This document shows positions 48,036 through 60,945 of a stretch of 64,000 bases of DNA, piece by piece. The DNA lies in NCBI GenBank assembly GCA_951406725.2, contig OX597839.1, positions 38,440,001 through 38,504,000 on the forward strand. The letters are read 5' to 3'. The stretch comes from Octopus vulgaris (Eukaryota). How positions within the stretch are numbered: position 1 is the first letter of the stretch; each line of letters opens with the position of its first letter. The translations under genes were made by a program, and so were the position numbers. Below the pieces are notes generated by a model. It saw only the letters and a program-made list of their open reading frames with translations. It made no database searches and was not told where the DNA came from.

Positions 48036-50014
48036 AGAGTATCAGAATTATAGCACCAAAGTTCTCCTGTAGAGCATTCACTCACCTACATCATTCATTA
48101 GGATCAGATGCCTATCATTATCAAACAAATGGTCGATTCACTGATACCAATCCTGTGGCTCACAGAAGCGATGCTTCTGTCATCACGTTTCTTGAATCAT
48201 TTTTACTTTTTCCTGAAGACAGTACATTTGTTATTAAACGCCTTCGTATTTTTTTCTCTTCACTGGTTCTGTGTTGAGCACAGGTGTGTAAATCCATATT
48301 AAAAAAAAAAAACCAAAAAAACACAGCCTTGCAGCACCGTCATGTAAACCCAAGCGGCGGTCAGGGCATTTTGGGTGGTCACTGGGATATGCTTTTGTGA
48401 TACAAGCAGAATCTTTGGCAGATTGCTGACCTGTGTCATCACACATTGACCATTGATGAACGAGGGTGCATGTACTTGACTTGTACTTTATTTTATTGAC
48501 CCTGAGAGGATGAGAGGTAAAGTCAGCTTTGCTTGGATTTGAACTCGGAATAAAGATTCATAGAAAAAATGCTAAGCACTTTGATTCTACCAGTTCACTG
48601 CCTTGATGATGAGGATGATGATAGTACACATGCATAATACTCTTAGAAAGGAAAACCAATTGTGGCCAGGAGGGGGCACTTAACCATGTTTCTGTTGATA
48701 GTTAGTCCTGGGTAAGGCTTTACACAACAGATCCAAGTGATCTGGGGTGTTTCAGGCTCAGTGTACCTAGGGCTACATTAGTCAGTGTTCAAGTGGGAAG
48801 GGTGTAATTTTGCAGGGGAAAGATTTGGCTGTTGTTTTTAGCAGGTTTGAACAACCACTCTGAGGCTCTGTTGTTAGCTTATGGTAGTGATGATGATGAT
48901 GTTATTAGGTCAAGTATGAAATTTTTAGAAAAGAAAAAAGTTAGCCAATGTTTTATAAACACAAAGAATAGTTTTCTTCATCAAAGTATGCAGCACCCAT
49001 ATTGTCAATACACTTTTGCCATTTCAGTGGTAGCTTGTCCAGCCTGGAACTGTAAAAGCCTGTAAAACTGTACTGCTTTCCAACTTATCCATCTCTAAAC
49101 AAAAATAGCAGAAAACGATTTATAAATACTTTACAAAGCGTAAAATGAGTTAGAATAAAGAAATAGATCTGTCAGCTTTCTAACAAAAATTAAAGATTAT
49201 CAAAACATAATAATGGCTCAAAATGAGCAGCTGTCAAAGTTTACCATATACCTTACTACAAATTTCATACATGATCACTTAATATTTAACACCAACAGAC
49301 CTATGATCAGAGATGTTTGCTGGTTATGACCAACCTGTTACCTTTTTTAAGGTTTTATGTAGGGCATTGTCTATTTTTCCTTTCTCTTTAAATCAGGATA
49401 TTGCTTGAGGGGAGATTTGGCTGCTTTTTCTAACAGATTGTTGGGCTTGAAATTACAGTTACAGTAGGGCTGCCAACACTTAGCATTAATTGATGTATCT
49501 GATTATTGTGTTGTATGGATCCAAGGTGATGCCCCAGCATGGCCTCACTTCAGTGATTGAAATGGGTAAAAGATAAAAAAAACATTTTATTGAGCATGTG
49601 AACAGTTTTAAGAGGATAGGGTTTACTTTTGAGAAAGATTTGACTGCTGTTTCTAGCAGACTGAATGACCATGTAAGGGTTCCTTCTGTTGGAATTGTGG
49701 TGGTGGATGTTGTTTGGTTGGGTGTGGCATTCTTAATCCTCGCAACGAAAGATGCCTTCTTTGTGGAGATTGCAATACAATCATAATCTGAGATTTAACG
49801 GGTAATAAATGAATGAGGGCTCCACCTACATAGGTTTGGGTGAGAGTTTAACAGTTGGACACACTCAAGTGTCAGGGTAGGTGTATGTATGCAGGTATAT
49901 ATGGATCCAATGACAAATCAACTGTGGATGACATCAGGTAGCCTAAACGGTGAAAGTGCTTTGATCAGCATACTACTAAACCTACCCAAAGTCCAAATAA
50001 TTATATATATGTGT

Positions 50015-50556
50015 CACGTGACCGACCAGACCATCAGATGTTACACATCGCTGGTCACAATGCATTCGCATTGTTTTAGCCTTCGAATAACGCTACCCCG
50101 TTGGCTAAGCGAGCAGGCCAACAGAAGAAAGAGTACAGCAGGGATCACCACCCCCTGCTGGAGCATCATGGAGCTTTTTAGGTGTTTTCGCTCAATAAAC
50201 GCTCACAACGCCCGGCCTTGGAATCGAAACCGCGAGTCCGCTGCCCTAACCACTGGGCCATTGCGCCTCCACATATATATATATATGTGTGTGTGTGTGT
50301 GTATATATATAAATAAACATACACAGGGTATTTGTTGTTTTTTTTTTTTTTTGTTTTTCCAGTTTCAGCTCTTGAGCTGTGGCCATGCTGGGGCACCGCC
50401 ATTGTGGTGAAAGAGTACAGCAGGGATCACCACCCCCTGCCGGAGCCTCGTAGAGCTTTTAGGTGTTTTCGCTCAATAAACACACACAACGCCCGGTCTG
50501 AGAATCGAAACCGCGATCCTGCGACCGCGAGTCCGCTGCCCTAACCACTAGGCCAT
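50015..50556 (-). mobile_element. Two SINE family C copies (50015-50272, 50403-50556)
   Basis: Homology to 21232-21521. Confidence 0.8.
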
Positions 50557-50774
50557 AAGAGAGATAGCTCCTGGAAGAAAAGCTGTCTTTGAAAACAAAT
50601 TGGTAGGAATAATCTTGAGAATCCCTTTATCTCACCTATTCACTGAGTTCCCTTTTAGTATCAATGGTTGCTTCAGTAAGGGGTTGGAAGCATTGACATG
50701 TCCGAATCAGATGATCCTTATCAATTTAGGACATAACACTGGTTATTGCAGACTCGGGAGATTATATAGGGGTG

Positions 50775-51075
50775 CTGACTGACCCCTCGAATATACCCCC
50801 ATATGTAATAATAGTACAGTGGAGTGAGGGCTGGGGAGCTAGAAGGCAATGTGCCTCGGAGGACATGATCATAGAGATGGCACGCATCCACGGTTGGGTT
50901 GTCCTAGCCTTGTGACACAGTGCAGAGTTTTTGTTGGAAGACGTATAGTCTTCTGTTGTGTAACCCCTCGATCCAGGGCCTTGCAACTATCTCCAATATC
51001 TCTCTGTTGACAGCAACATGACACACCTCTTGTTGCTCATGGCTCCCGAAACCATCACAGTTGCTGGGAACTTAG
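50775..51075 (-). pseudogene. Degenerate Tc1/mariner-superfamily (maT/DD37D-like) transposase catalytic-domain fragment
   Basis: Across frameshifts it reads KFPATVMVSGAMSN / EILEIVARPWIEGLHNRRLYVFQQ / NSALCHKARTTQPWM / LPSSSPALTPLYYYYIWG, matching the motifs KFPASVMV, YVFQQDSAP.H, WPPSSPDLNPLDY..WG. Confidence 0.8.
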
Positions 51076-52984
51076 CTGAAAAGTAAGGTTAAAAAATTAA
51101 TTTAGGATTAGAACTCTTGGAAGAGGTGTCCTCAAAAACACTGATGCGCTCTGTGTGTATGGAATTTACTTGTGGCTGACTATATATATATATATAAAAT
51201 AAATGCACCCTTCTAAAGCCTAGCCAGGCTCATGGGCCCAGTTTCTGTGGTGTATGTGTTTCGCAGCATTACTCATTTTTGCCAGCTGAGTGGACTGGAG
51301 CAACGTGAAATGAAGTGTTTTGCTCAAGAACACAACGCATCGCCCGGTCAGGGAATCGAAACCACAATCTTACGATCATGATGCTGACACCCTAACCACT
51401 CGCCTCCACACACACACATATATATACACACACGTGTGTATGGAATTTACTTGGGGCTGACTAAGGCACCTTACAATCAAAAGTTCTGGAGCTTCTTGTG
51501 TGTGGATTTGTTTTGAGTGGGTTCAGTGTTGCACAGTATATACACGACAGGCTTCTTTCAGTTTCCATCTACCAAATCCACTCAGAAGGCTTTGGTCGGC
51601 CCGAGGCTATAGTAGAAGACACTTGCCCAAGATGCTATGCAGTGGGACTGAACCCGGAACCATGTGGTTTGTAAGCAAGCTACTTACCACAGCCTCTCTT
51701 ATATGGTTTATTGCTTTTAAACCGTGGTATAAAACTGGTACTTATTCTATCCTCTCTCTCTCTTACCCATTTCCATGGGAAGAAACGCACTGCTGACTTC
51801 AGGGTTTGAACTCTTGACCTGAGCATTGAGCATCTGTTTCTACAGTCATGTCATCTGTCATTATATATTTACATGTTTGTATGTGTGTAGATATGTATAT
51901 ATCATCATTGTTTTAACATCCACTTTTCTATGTTTGCATGGGTTAGATGTAGGTCTATTGAGACAGGTTTCTCTGTAGCTGGATACCTTTCCTGTTGCCA
52001 AGGAAACTGATATTGCCCCATGACCAGGCATGTTTCTACTAAATATTGGAAATGAACGACACTGTTTGTATGACAATGACACTCATTTACATGGACACAC
52101 GTACACCAAATCCACAGACAAGGCTTTGGTCAGCTTGGACCTATAGAGAAGACACTTGCCCAAGGCAGCACACAGTGGGATTGAACCTGGAACCACATGG
52201 TTGGAAACCAAACTTCTCACACAGCCATGCCTGTGCCTATAGATAAACACACACACATACATGTATTTATATATAAAAGCATGTGTATGTATATATATAA
52301 ATCTGAGACCCCCTTTGGTCACAAGACTGACCATGGGATTGCATCCAGAAAGCCACCCTCCCAGGCACAAGTCCGGGCAAGGTTGTTTTTATGAAAGACC
52401 AGTTGCCCATGCATACCGGCCTTCCCTCTCCACACCACTGATGTTATCCAAGGGAAAGGCAAAGGCCAATACAGCTTGGCACCTGTGACATCGCAACTCA
52501 TTTCTACACCTGAGTGAACTGGAGCAATGTGAAAATGAAGTGTCTTGCTCAAGAACACAACATGCAGCCTGGTCCGGGATTCGAGCTCACAATTGTAAGC
52601 TCGACATTCTAACCATTGAACCATGCACCTTTTATATATATATATATAAAAGCATATATATATTTGTTTGCATTTGCAAGCTATCACTAATGTTGTTTTC
52701 TCATGCGTCTACAAATTATCCGTTTATTTCTTATCTAACACATGTAAAAGAAGAGATCTCTGGTCTGAAAAACATGTAAGGATGGGTTAGAGACAGGAAA
52801 GGCATCCACCTATAAAAACAGTATTTTAATATATTCACCTAACCCTTGCAGCTTGGTATAAAAAAATAAACTGGTGTAAAGACCATGCTTATATATGTAT
52901 TTATATGTACATTGATATATATATTGGGTTGACGGATAAATTTGTTTTGTTTTTTGTCCATTTATTTTAATTCTATCAAGTGAA

Positions 52985-53250
52985 GGTGATGGTACCATAA
53001 GTCATCCCATCTGTTGGGCTAATTTCCTATTGGAATGGCCTGGATCCTTGCAGATGAGCTTCAATCAGACCTCATTGGACTGAACAGGTTGGCTGGAACA
53101 CAGAGAGTCTGTGAAATTAACTTTCCCCTTCTTCAAGTGTGAAATGAAAACCATTTCTGTACAGTCCCCCCCACCCATAACTATTTTCTCCATACACAAC
53201 ACAAATATCTCGGATGGCTTTTGGTAGTTTTGGAACCTTGATTAAGAGCA
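52985..53250 (-). pseudogene. Degenerate mariner transposase N-terminal (HTH) fragment
   Basis: Reads GSKTTK/AIRDICVVYGE..TVQKWF..KKGKVNFTDSLCSSQPVQSNE*..ICKDPGHSNRKLAQQMG with stops and frameshifts, matching the mariner A.RNIC.VYG..T..KWF.RF..G.F.L.D..RSGRP..DPR...RELA pattern. Confidence 0.75.
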
Positions 53251-53622
53251 AGAAGCAGGGGTCAAAAATGCTAACATTTTTTTTCTTGTTTTTTTTTTCC
53301 TAAATACTTCATCGTCATATGTCTGGAAAGGGAAAATTTATTCAAATTTCAAAAAGAAACAGAAGTTGTTGGAAGAGTACAGCTACACAAAGAACCTCAC
53401 GAAACACCACAATAAAAATATTTTCTGTATTAATATTCAAATATCATTGGAAAGAAACAAAGAAATTTATCTGGAAACCCAATATATATATATATATATA
53501 TATGGTCTCTCTCTCTCTGTCTATATATATATATATAGAAGAGTTTTTATGATTGTGAGGAAAAGAATATATTAATTACAGAAATTCGAACTTAGTCTAA
53601 TTTTCACATTATATTTGCAATT

Positions 53623-53797
53623 TTTGCAATATTGAAATAAACTAGTACTTTAATGCGTTACACAATCTTCAGGTTTATGTAGTGACAATCATGTTCCACA
53701 ATTGACAATAGTTGTCAATTATAGAACACAACTGTCACTACATAAACCTGAAGATTGTGTAACACATGAAAGTACTAGTTTATTTCAATATTGCAAA
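53623..53797. repeat. Fold-back element (~86-bp arms, 3-nt loop)
   Basis: 53623-53708 is the imperfect reverse complement of 53712-53797. Confidence 0.85.
53742..53783 (+). ncRNA. Minimal type I hammerhead ribozyme motif
   Basis: ATAAAC-CTGAAGA-tTGTGtaaCACAt-GAAAGTACTA|GTTTAT: 6-bp stem I, stem II TGTG/CACA, palindromic AGTACT stem III, CUA triplet. Confidence 0.7.
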
Positions 53798-55009
53798 TAA
53801 TAAAAAGTTGGAATTTCATTGATTTATATATATATATAATGTGAAAGCAGATGACCAAGTAGTCAGAGTCTTGGATGCATGATCACTAGATCATGGGGTT
53901 GATTCCCAGACTGGACAGTGGGTTGTGTTCTTGAGCAATACCCTTCATTTTACATTGCTCCAGTGGACTCTGCTGTGAACGGGTAATACTGCAAGGGGAT
54001 GACTGTTCTGGTCAGGGGAAATGTTGGCCTGATCACCTAGCCAACAGAGTGTCATCACCCAAAAGCTAAACCGATGCAAAGCGCATTGTGACCAGCGATA
54101 TATAACAACATCCAATAGTCTGGTCAATAAAAGGATTATATATATAATCTATATACACACACACACACACATATATATAGAGACATGCACACATTGCTAC
54201 CCAGAATGACTGCAATTTTTTTTTATGCCATCACCTAGCACAGCAACCTGAACCTAGTAATGAAACACAAAACCACAAGTATTTTCGTTTCTCTAATATT
54301 TTATACAAAAACAGTGTTTATTCTTCTCTTAATTTTTATCACAACATTCTGGTATTATATATACACCCACTGTAGAGTTCAGAGTCAATAAATTAAAATT
54401 TTGTTTTCTAGAAATTCTCGTCTCTGTTTTTTGTATTATTATTATTATTAACCCGTGGCCTTTACCAGGGATGTAGCCAGCCCACTTATGCATACCTTTC
54501 GTTCTTTGGACACAAAACTCTGCTTGCGAAGACCTGTTGAGGCAAGTGAAATCGAAATTGAACCAAATTCGATGACTGGCACTCGTGCAAGTGGAGCACT
54601 AACAGCTCCATCCGAGTGGGATCACTGCCAGAGCGGATGTCTGGCTTCCATGCCGGTGGCACGTAAAAAGCACCATTTGAGCGTGATCGTTACCAGCGTC
54701 GCCTTACTGGCACGTGAACAAAACATTTGAGTGAGGTCATTGCCAGTGGTGCTGAACTGACTCCTGTGCAGGTGGCACATAAAAAACACCATTTCGAGCG
54801 TAGCTGTTGCCAGTATCGCCAGACGGGCATGTAAAAGCACCCACTACACTCTCGGAGTGGTTGATATTAAGAAGGGCATCCAGGTGTAGAAACTCTGCCA
54901 GGTCAAATTGGAGCCTGGTACAGTCATCTGGTCTGCCAGTCCTCAGTCAAATCATCCAACCCATGCCAGCATGGAAAGCGGACGTTAAATGATGAATGAT
55001 GGTGATTAT

Positions 55010-55450
55010 TAAGCGGCGGAGCTGGCAGAATACTTAGCAGCATTTCGTCTGTCCTTACATTCTGAGTTCAAATTCCACCAAGGTTGACTTTGGCTTTCAT
55101 CTTTTCAGGATCGATAATAAAATAAGTACCAGTTATGCACTGGGGTCAGTGTAATTGACTTAGCCTGTAGCATGAACTTGCTTGTCTTGTACCAAAATTT
55201 GAAACCATTATTATTAAGGCAGGATTTTGTCCGTCTTGATGTTCTGAGTTCAAATTTTGCTGAGGCCAATTTTGCCTTTCATCCTTTCGGGGTCGATAAA
55301 ATAAATACCAGTTGAGTACTGGGGTTGATATAATTGACTAGTCCCCTCCTTCAAAATTTCAGGCGTTGTGCCTAGAGTAGAAAGGATTATTGTTATTATT
55401 AAGTGAGCTGGCAGAGTCGTTAGTACGCTGAGCGAAATGCTTAGTGGTTG
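55010..55450 (+). mobile_element. Cluster of 2-3 SINE family B copies
   Basis: Same motifs with (ATT)n spacers. Confidence 0.8.
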
Positions 55451-55486
55451 CCAAGAGATGATGGAGAGACAAACATATATTTTGGG

Positions 55487-55898
55487 TTACTCTTTACTCT
55501 TTACTTTTTACTTGTTTCAGTCATTTGACTGCGGCCATACTGGAGCACCGCCTTTAGTCGAGCAACTCGACCCCGGGACTTATTCTTTTGTAAGCCCAGT
55601 ACTTATTCTATCGGTCCCCTTTACCGAACCGCCAAGTAACGGGGACATAAATACACCAGCATCGGTTGTCAAGCAATGCTATGGGACAAACACAGACACA
55701 CAAACATATACACACACACATATATATATATACATATATACGATGGGCTTCTTTCAGTTTCCATCTACCAAATCCACTCACAAGGCTTTGGTCAGCCCGA
55801 GGTTATAGTAGAAGACACTTGCCCAAGGTGCCACGCAGTGGGACTGAACCCGGAACCATGTGGTTGGTAGACAAGCTACTTACCACACAGCCACTCCT
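55487..55898 (-). mobile_element. SINE family A
   Basis: Full-length copy. Confidence 0.85.
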
Positions 55899-56054
55899 GT
55901 TGTCCGGAAAGTTTGTGCCGATTTTTAAAGGAAAGAAAAAGGTCAATAAATACTTGCCATTACATTTTTAATCAACCAAATATGAACCATTTTGTTGCAC
56001 ACTGCATCTCCATCTTTCCTTTAACTTGAAAATACCCTCTTCCCAGAATTGAGG

Positions 56055-56620
56055 GGGTAGCTGTAGTACAGTAGCGGTAGCTGTAGTGTTACAGTGTTGG
56101 TTGTAGTACTCCAGTGTTGTGGTAGTGTTCTTAGTTTTAGTGGTGTTGTTAGTAGTAGTATTGCTGTAGTATTGGTTATAGTATAATGGTTATGTTATTA
56201 GTTGTAGTGGTGTTGCAGTGTTGGTTGTAGTGGTGTTGTTAATAGAAGTATTGGTTATTGTATAGTGGTGGTGCTGTTAGTTGTAGTAGTGTAGTGGTGT
56301 TGGTAGTAATAGTGTTGCAGTATTGACCATAGTTTAAAAGGAGGTGTTGTCAGTTGTAGTAGTTGGTAATAGCAGTGCAGTAGCGGTAACTGTAGTGTTG
56401 CAGTGTTTGCTGTAGTACTGCAGTATTAGTTGTAGTATTGGGTGGTGCTTGTTGTTATAATAGTGTTGTGGTGGTGTTGGTGATAATAGTGCAGTTGTAG
56501 CTGTAGTGTTGCAGCATTGGTTGTAGTGTTTTGGTGGTGCTTGTTGTTATAATAGTGTTCTGGTGTTGGCTGTGGTGCAGTGGTGTTTGTAGCCATAGTA
56601 GAGTTGTGGCAGTAGTTGTC
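56055..56620. repeat. Degenerate (GTA/GTG/GTT)n low-complexity tract
   Basis: Direct reading of the sequence. Confidence 0.85.
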
Positions 56621-57324
56621 TGTAAATGTGGTGACTGAAATTTCTGGTAAAAGTTCAAGAAAAAAAGAAACAATTTTTAATAGAAAATAATTTTTATGTC
56701 TTTAATATTTCACACGCAAAAGTATAAAATGTGATGTTGAGATGTTGATTCATTTCCCAAACACAAATAAGGATTACGCTGATGAAAAGTAATGTTGTGA
56801 TGTTGATGCCTTTCTCAAACACAAACGATGATGACTTCAGTGAAAACATTAACCTTTCAGCATCTCATACAAGGAAATATACAATGCAATGTTGTGATAT
56901 TGATGCCTTCCCCCAAAACAAACGATGACTGTTTAATAACATCTAATGCGATGCTTAATAACATTTAATGTGATGTTGTGATCTTGATGACTTTCTTAAA
57001 GAATATATGTAACTTATATAGTAGCTATATAAATAGGGAAAATTTAGTTATTTTTCTGTAGATTGAAAAAAAAACAAAAACAGACTTAACTGATTTCCGG
57101 ACCTTATTCGACTCTAATCAGAGATATCTACATCAATTTGTCCAATCTCAGAACTTTGGATAATTATCATTTAGTGCCTCCATCTCATTTCAGAGATTCA
57201 TCAGAAATGATATTTTTACAGAAAATATATACCTTTTATATATATGTTAGTTCTGGATTTTTTTTCAAATCTGTATGGTACATCACTTCAAAAATTTTAT
57301 ACATACATACACACACACATGCAC

Positions 57325-57362
<38 letters not shown>

Positions 57363-57678
57363 TATTATTTTTTTGCTAAAAACAATGTAATTTTCTTTTT
57401 TCCCCCTCCTTGCATTTAAAAAAAAATTTTTTTCTTTGCAATTCTTGAAAAGTCACATTATTACGAAAACCGGTTTGAATTAATATATATATATATATAT
57501 ATATTATCAATTTTTCAAAAACTTTTTCCATACACCCATTTTCATTAAAATTTTCTTTCAATTTAGCATTCTGCCTTTTTACAATTTTTCCTCGCTTATC
57601 ATTTCTCCATGTGCGGTCAACACAATCCCACCATTTATTGATCTATATATATATATCTATATATATATATATATATAT

Positions 57679-57918
57679 AATTAAGACACAAACCTCTATT
57701 TAGTTATTCCATCAATAGTGAAAAGATATTATCTATAATAACCACATAGAAATTAATTAAATATCTTATAATTATTATTCTAAAAATCTCAAAACAAATC
57801 AAATGTTTGATTTTTAGAATAATAATTATAAGATATTTAATTAATTTCTATGTGGTTATTATAGATAATATCTTTTCACTATTGATGGAATAACTAAATA
57901 GCGGTTTGTCTCTTAATT
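57679..57918. repeat. Fold-back element (110-bp arms, 20-nt loop) in (TA)n
   Basis: 57679-57788 pairs with 57809-57918 with about 2 mismatches. Confidence 0.9.
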
Positions 57919-59029
57919 ATATATATATATTGTGAATTTTGATTTAGTGTGCTATATATATATATATAATATAATATGATATAATATAATATAATATAAT
58001 ATATATATATATATTAAGGAAAAGGAGACAGTCAGAATTTTGGATAATTCCTTAATATAAGGTAGAAGAAATTTTTTGTGCATTATACTGTGAAGAATTT
58101 GACTGAATGATTGAAAACGCCAACAAAGAATTATCCAAAATTTTGACTGCCTCCTTCCGTCTTCTTAATATACAATATCTGTACACCACTTCAAACACTA
58201 TATACATGTGTGTGTGTGTTTGTGTGTGTATGCATATATATATGTATATATATGTATGTATGTGTGAATATGTATGCCTGCATATAAGTGTGTATGCATG
58301 TGTGTATTCATACATGTTTGTCCTTGTTTCATTGACAGGAAGAGGATCAAGGAGATTGTATCATTGTATGGTACCTACTGACAGCTAGATAGACTGTGCC
58401 ATTATGTGGTACCTATAAATAGCTATGTAGACTGTACCACTCTGCTGTTTCTACCTAAATCTAGGGGTGGGGACTAATTCAGTTTAGTACTTATTGATAG
58501 CTAGATGGACTGTGCTTAATTAAAATTAGGGGAATGTTGATTAATTAGTAAGAAATGGGTTATGGCTATTTAGCAATATGTGAATTGTGATTAACTAATG
58601 GAAAGTGGATCGTGATTAATTGGTCAATTAATGATAAGGGAACTGTGATTAGGCAGGCCTTGATAGAGTGTAGCAAAATTGAGAGAAAAATCAAAATAAA
58701 GGGTCAGGACAGAAACATATGAAATGAGATCCTGAAGGAATTCCTCAGGGGTGAGGAAGGTGTACCTGAGGTTTATTGACCAGTTCTGAAAATCCTGCAG
58801 TATACATAGGCACAGGTATGGCTGTGTGGTTAAGAAGCTTGCTCCCAGTCTGTGTGTTCTCGGGTTCAATTTCACTACACAGCATGTTGCATGAGGAGTC
58901 CTTTTTTAATATAGCTTTGGACTGATCAAAGCCTTGTGAGTGGATTTGTTGTGAAATAAATTCTCCCCACCCCTCAAAAAAATGTGGTATGTGTCAGTAT
59001 GCATGTGTGCAATTGTACCGCCACCCCGA

Positions 59030-59416
59030 CTAGCCTCCGTGCCGGTGGTATGTAAAAGCACCATCCGTTCGTGTCCGTTGCCAGCCTCACCTGGCCCCTG
59101 TGCCAGTGGCACGTAAAAGCACCATCCGTTCGTGGCCGTTTGCCAGCTACATCTGGCTCCTGTGCCGGTGGCACGTAAAAGCACCATCCGTTTGTGGCCG
59201 TTTGCCAGCTCCGTCTGGCTCCTGTGCGGGTGGCACGTAAAAAGCACCCACTACACTCGCGGAGCGGTTGGCATTAGGAAGGGCATCCAGCCGTAGAAAC
59301 ACTGCCAGATCAGACTGGGCCTGATGCAGCCTTCTGGCTTCACAGACCCCAGTTGAACCGTCCAACCCATGCTAGCACGGAAAACGGACGCTAAATGATG
59401 ATGATGATGATGATGA
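59030..59416 (+). mobile_element. Family E repeat (4 units)
   Basis: Same structure. Other copies at 26545-26773(+), 32135-32410(+), 46290-46440(-), 46560-46822(+), 47185-47368(-), 54450-54995(+), 62198-62430(-). Confidence 0.8.
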
Positions 59417-59738
59417 TATTAAATTCTGATATAATCGTAATCTACACACACTGAAAAATATTGGTCAAAATTTTCGTATAAAAATACCGATTATTTTGAA
59501 AGTTATGAGGAAACAAATCTAACTCATGTGAATTTTCTGAAACTCCTTTCCTTACTCCCCAACAATGTTTTTTCACAAATGAGTAAAAGATAAAAATAAC
59601 GGTAAAATGTATTTCACTAGTAATTCTTCATTGGTTTATAACTGTCCGTTCTTTTAACATGATTGTATTCCATCTTGTAGCTTGACTTTATGCGTTCCAT
59701 TATCCATATTTGAGCTTCAGTCGTGTTGCATGTCCTGC

Positions 59739-59812
59739 ATGCACACCATATGCACACCATATGCACACCATATGCATACCATATGCATATGCAATATGCA
59801 CACCATATGCAT
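59739..59812. repeat. 11-bp minisatellite (ATGCACACCAT)n
   Basis: About 6 copies. Confidence 0.85.
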
Positions 59813-60482
59813 ACTTACACATAAACATTATAGGAATATAGGATACAATGATATCAAACAAATGTAAAAACATGCTATCTTAAAGGTAGTGTGTATACAC
59901 ACACACTCACACGCACACACACACACACACATATATATTTATATACACACATACTCACACACACATATAATATATGCTCAATGTTTTTAACATTTGGGCA
60001 TTATGAAAAGACATTTCTAGGGAGGCTATCCCCACATCAAATAAGTATACAAGCAAAAGAAATGTTATGTATGTGACATTGATAATACTTACATTATTAA
60101 TGTTACTTTAAGTCCAATATATATATATGTATATATTTATACACAAATTCTCTTTTTTTATGTGTACATAAAAATGTACAATAGAATAGAAATATAAGTG
60201 GGCAAATAACTGGTATGAAGTTAAATTATGATATTCATGTATTAAAACGAAGTTTGAGTTGTTACGTGAGTATAGATGATGAGAAGGAATGAAGTAAGAA
60301 AGGGTGCAAATAGTTCCTTACACCTGTTTCAAGACTAGATGTACAGATGGTGCATTTCCTTGAAAAAGGACAGTAGCCAGCTATAGAGTAGTGATGTCTT
60401 TCATCATCAGAGAGAGAATTAAATAGGACCTTAAAAGAAAGCTTTGGTCAACAACTAGTATAAGATACAGAGGAAAGTTTAA

Positions 60483-60702
60483 CCCTTTTCTGTTCAGATT
60501 ATTCTATCAAATGTGATGTTTGTTTATTTATATTGTTTTGAAATAATCATGCATTGTCTTGTAGTTTAGAGATTTTGCTGGTGCGGTTGTTTAGTATTAG
60601 AATGACATTGTAGGACTGAGGTGAGAGGCCAGATCTGACCAGTTTCAACATAAAACAAGTTAAATATTTTGGCCGGACATGGCCAGTTTGAATGCTGAAG
60701 AG
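60483..60702. mobile_element. piggyBac-like MITE (family 1)
   Basis: TTAA flanks and homologous body. Confidence 0.7.
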
Positions 60703-60824
60703 TTAAAGGAAGAGAGGCAGAGAAAACAAGGTCATAATAACTGACTATCATGGCAAGATCTATAAATTTCTAGAGTTAGCGGAAGATAGAAAGGGACAGC
60801 TAGTACCAGTATGGCCTTAGCGTA

Positions 60825-60945
60825 AAAAGGTTGTGTAGTGGACCAGACTGAAAGGGCTGAAGACAGATACTTTTCTCTATGGCCAAGCCCTGATTAACTT
60901 TTTCAAGTTTTACTTGAAAAGGGAAGGGATTGTGGAAAAGGGATC
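60825..60945 (+). mobile_element. Probable degenerate L1/Tx1-like LINE ORF2 C-terminal fragment
   Basis: Translates V*WTRLKGLKTDTFLYGQALINFFKFYLKRE. Resembles remembered octopus Tx1-like ORF2 C-termini; not verified. Confidence 0.4.

Noticed and set aside
57679-57918. Hammerhead core within this palindrome
   Set aside because: Only TTGATGG...TAAA-like remnants are visible, without convincing stems.
58766-58794. 29-nt minus-strand micro-exon (cAG...GTACAC)
   Set aside because: Weak donor, frame-shifting length, and the acceptor overlaps a SINE edge.
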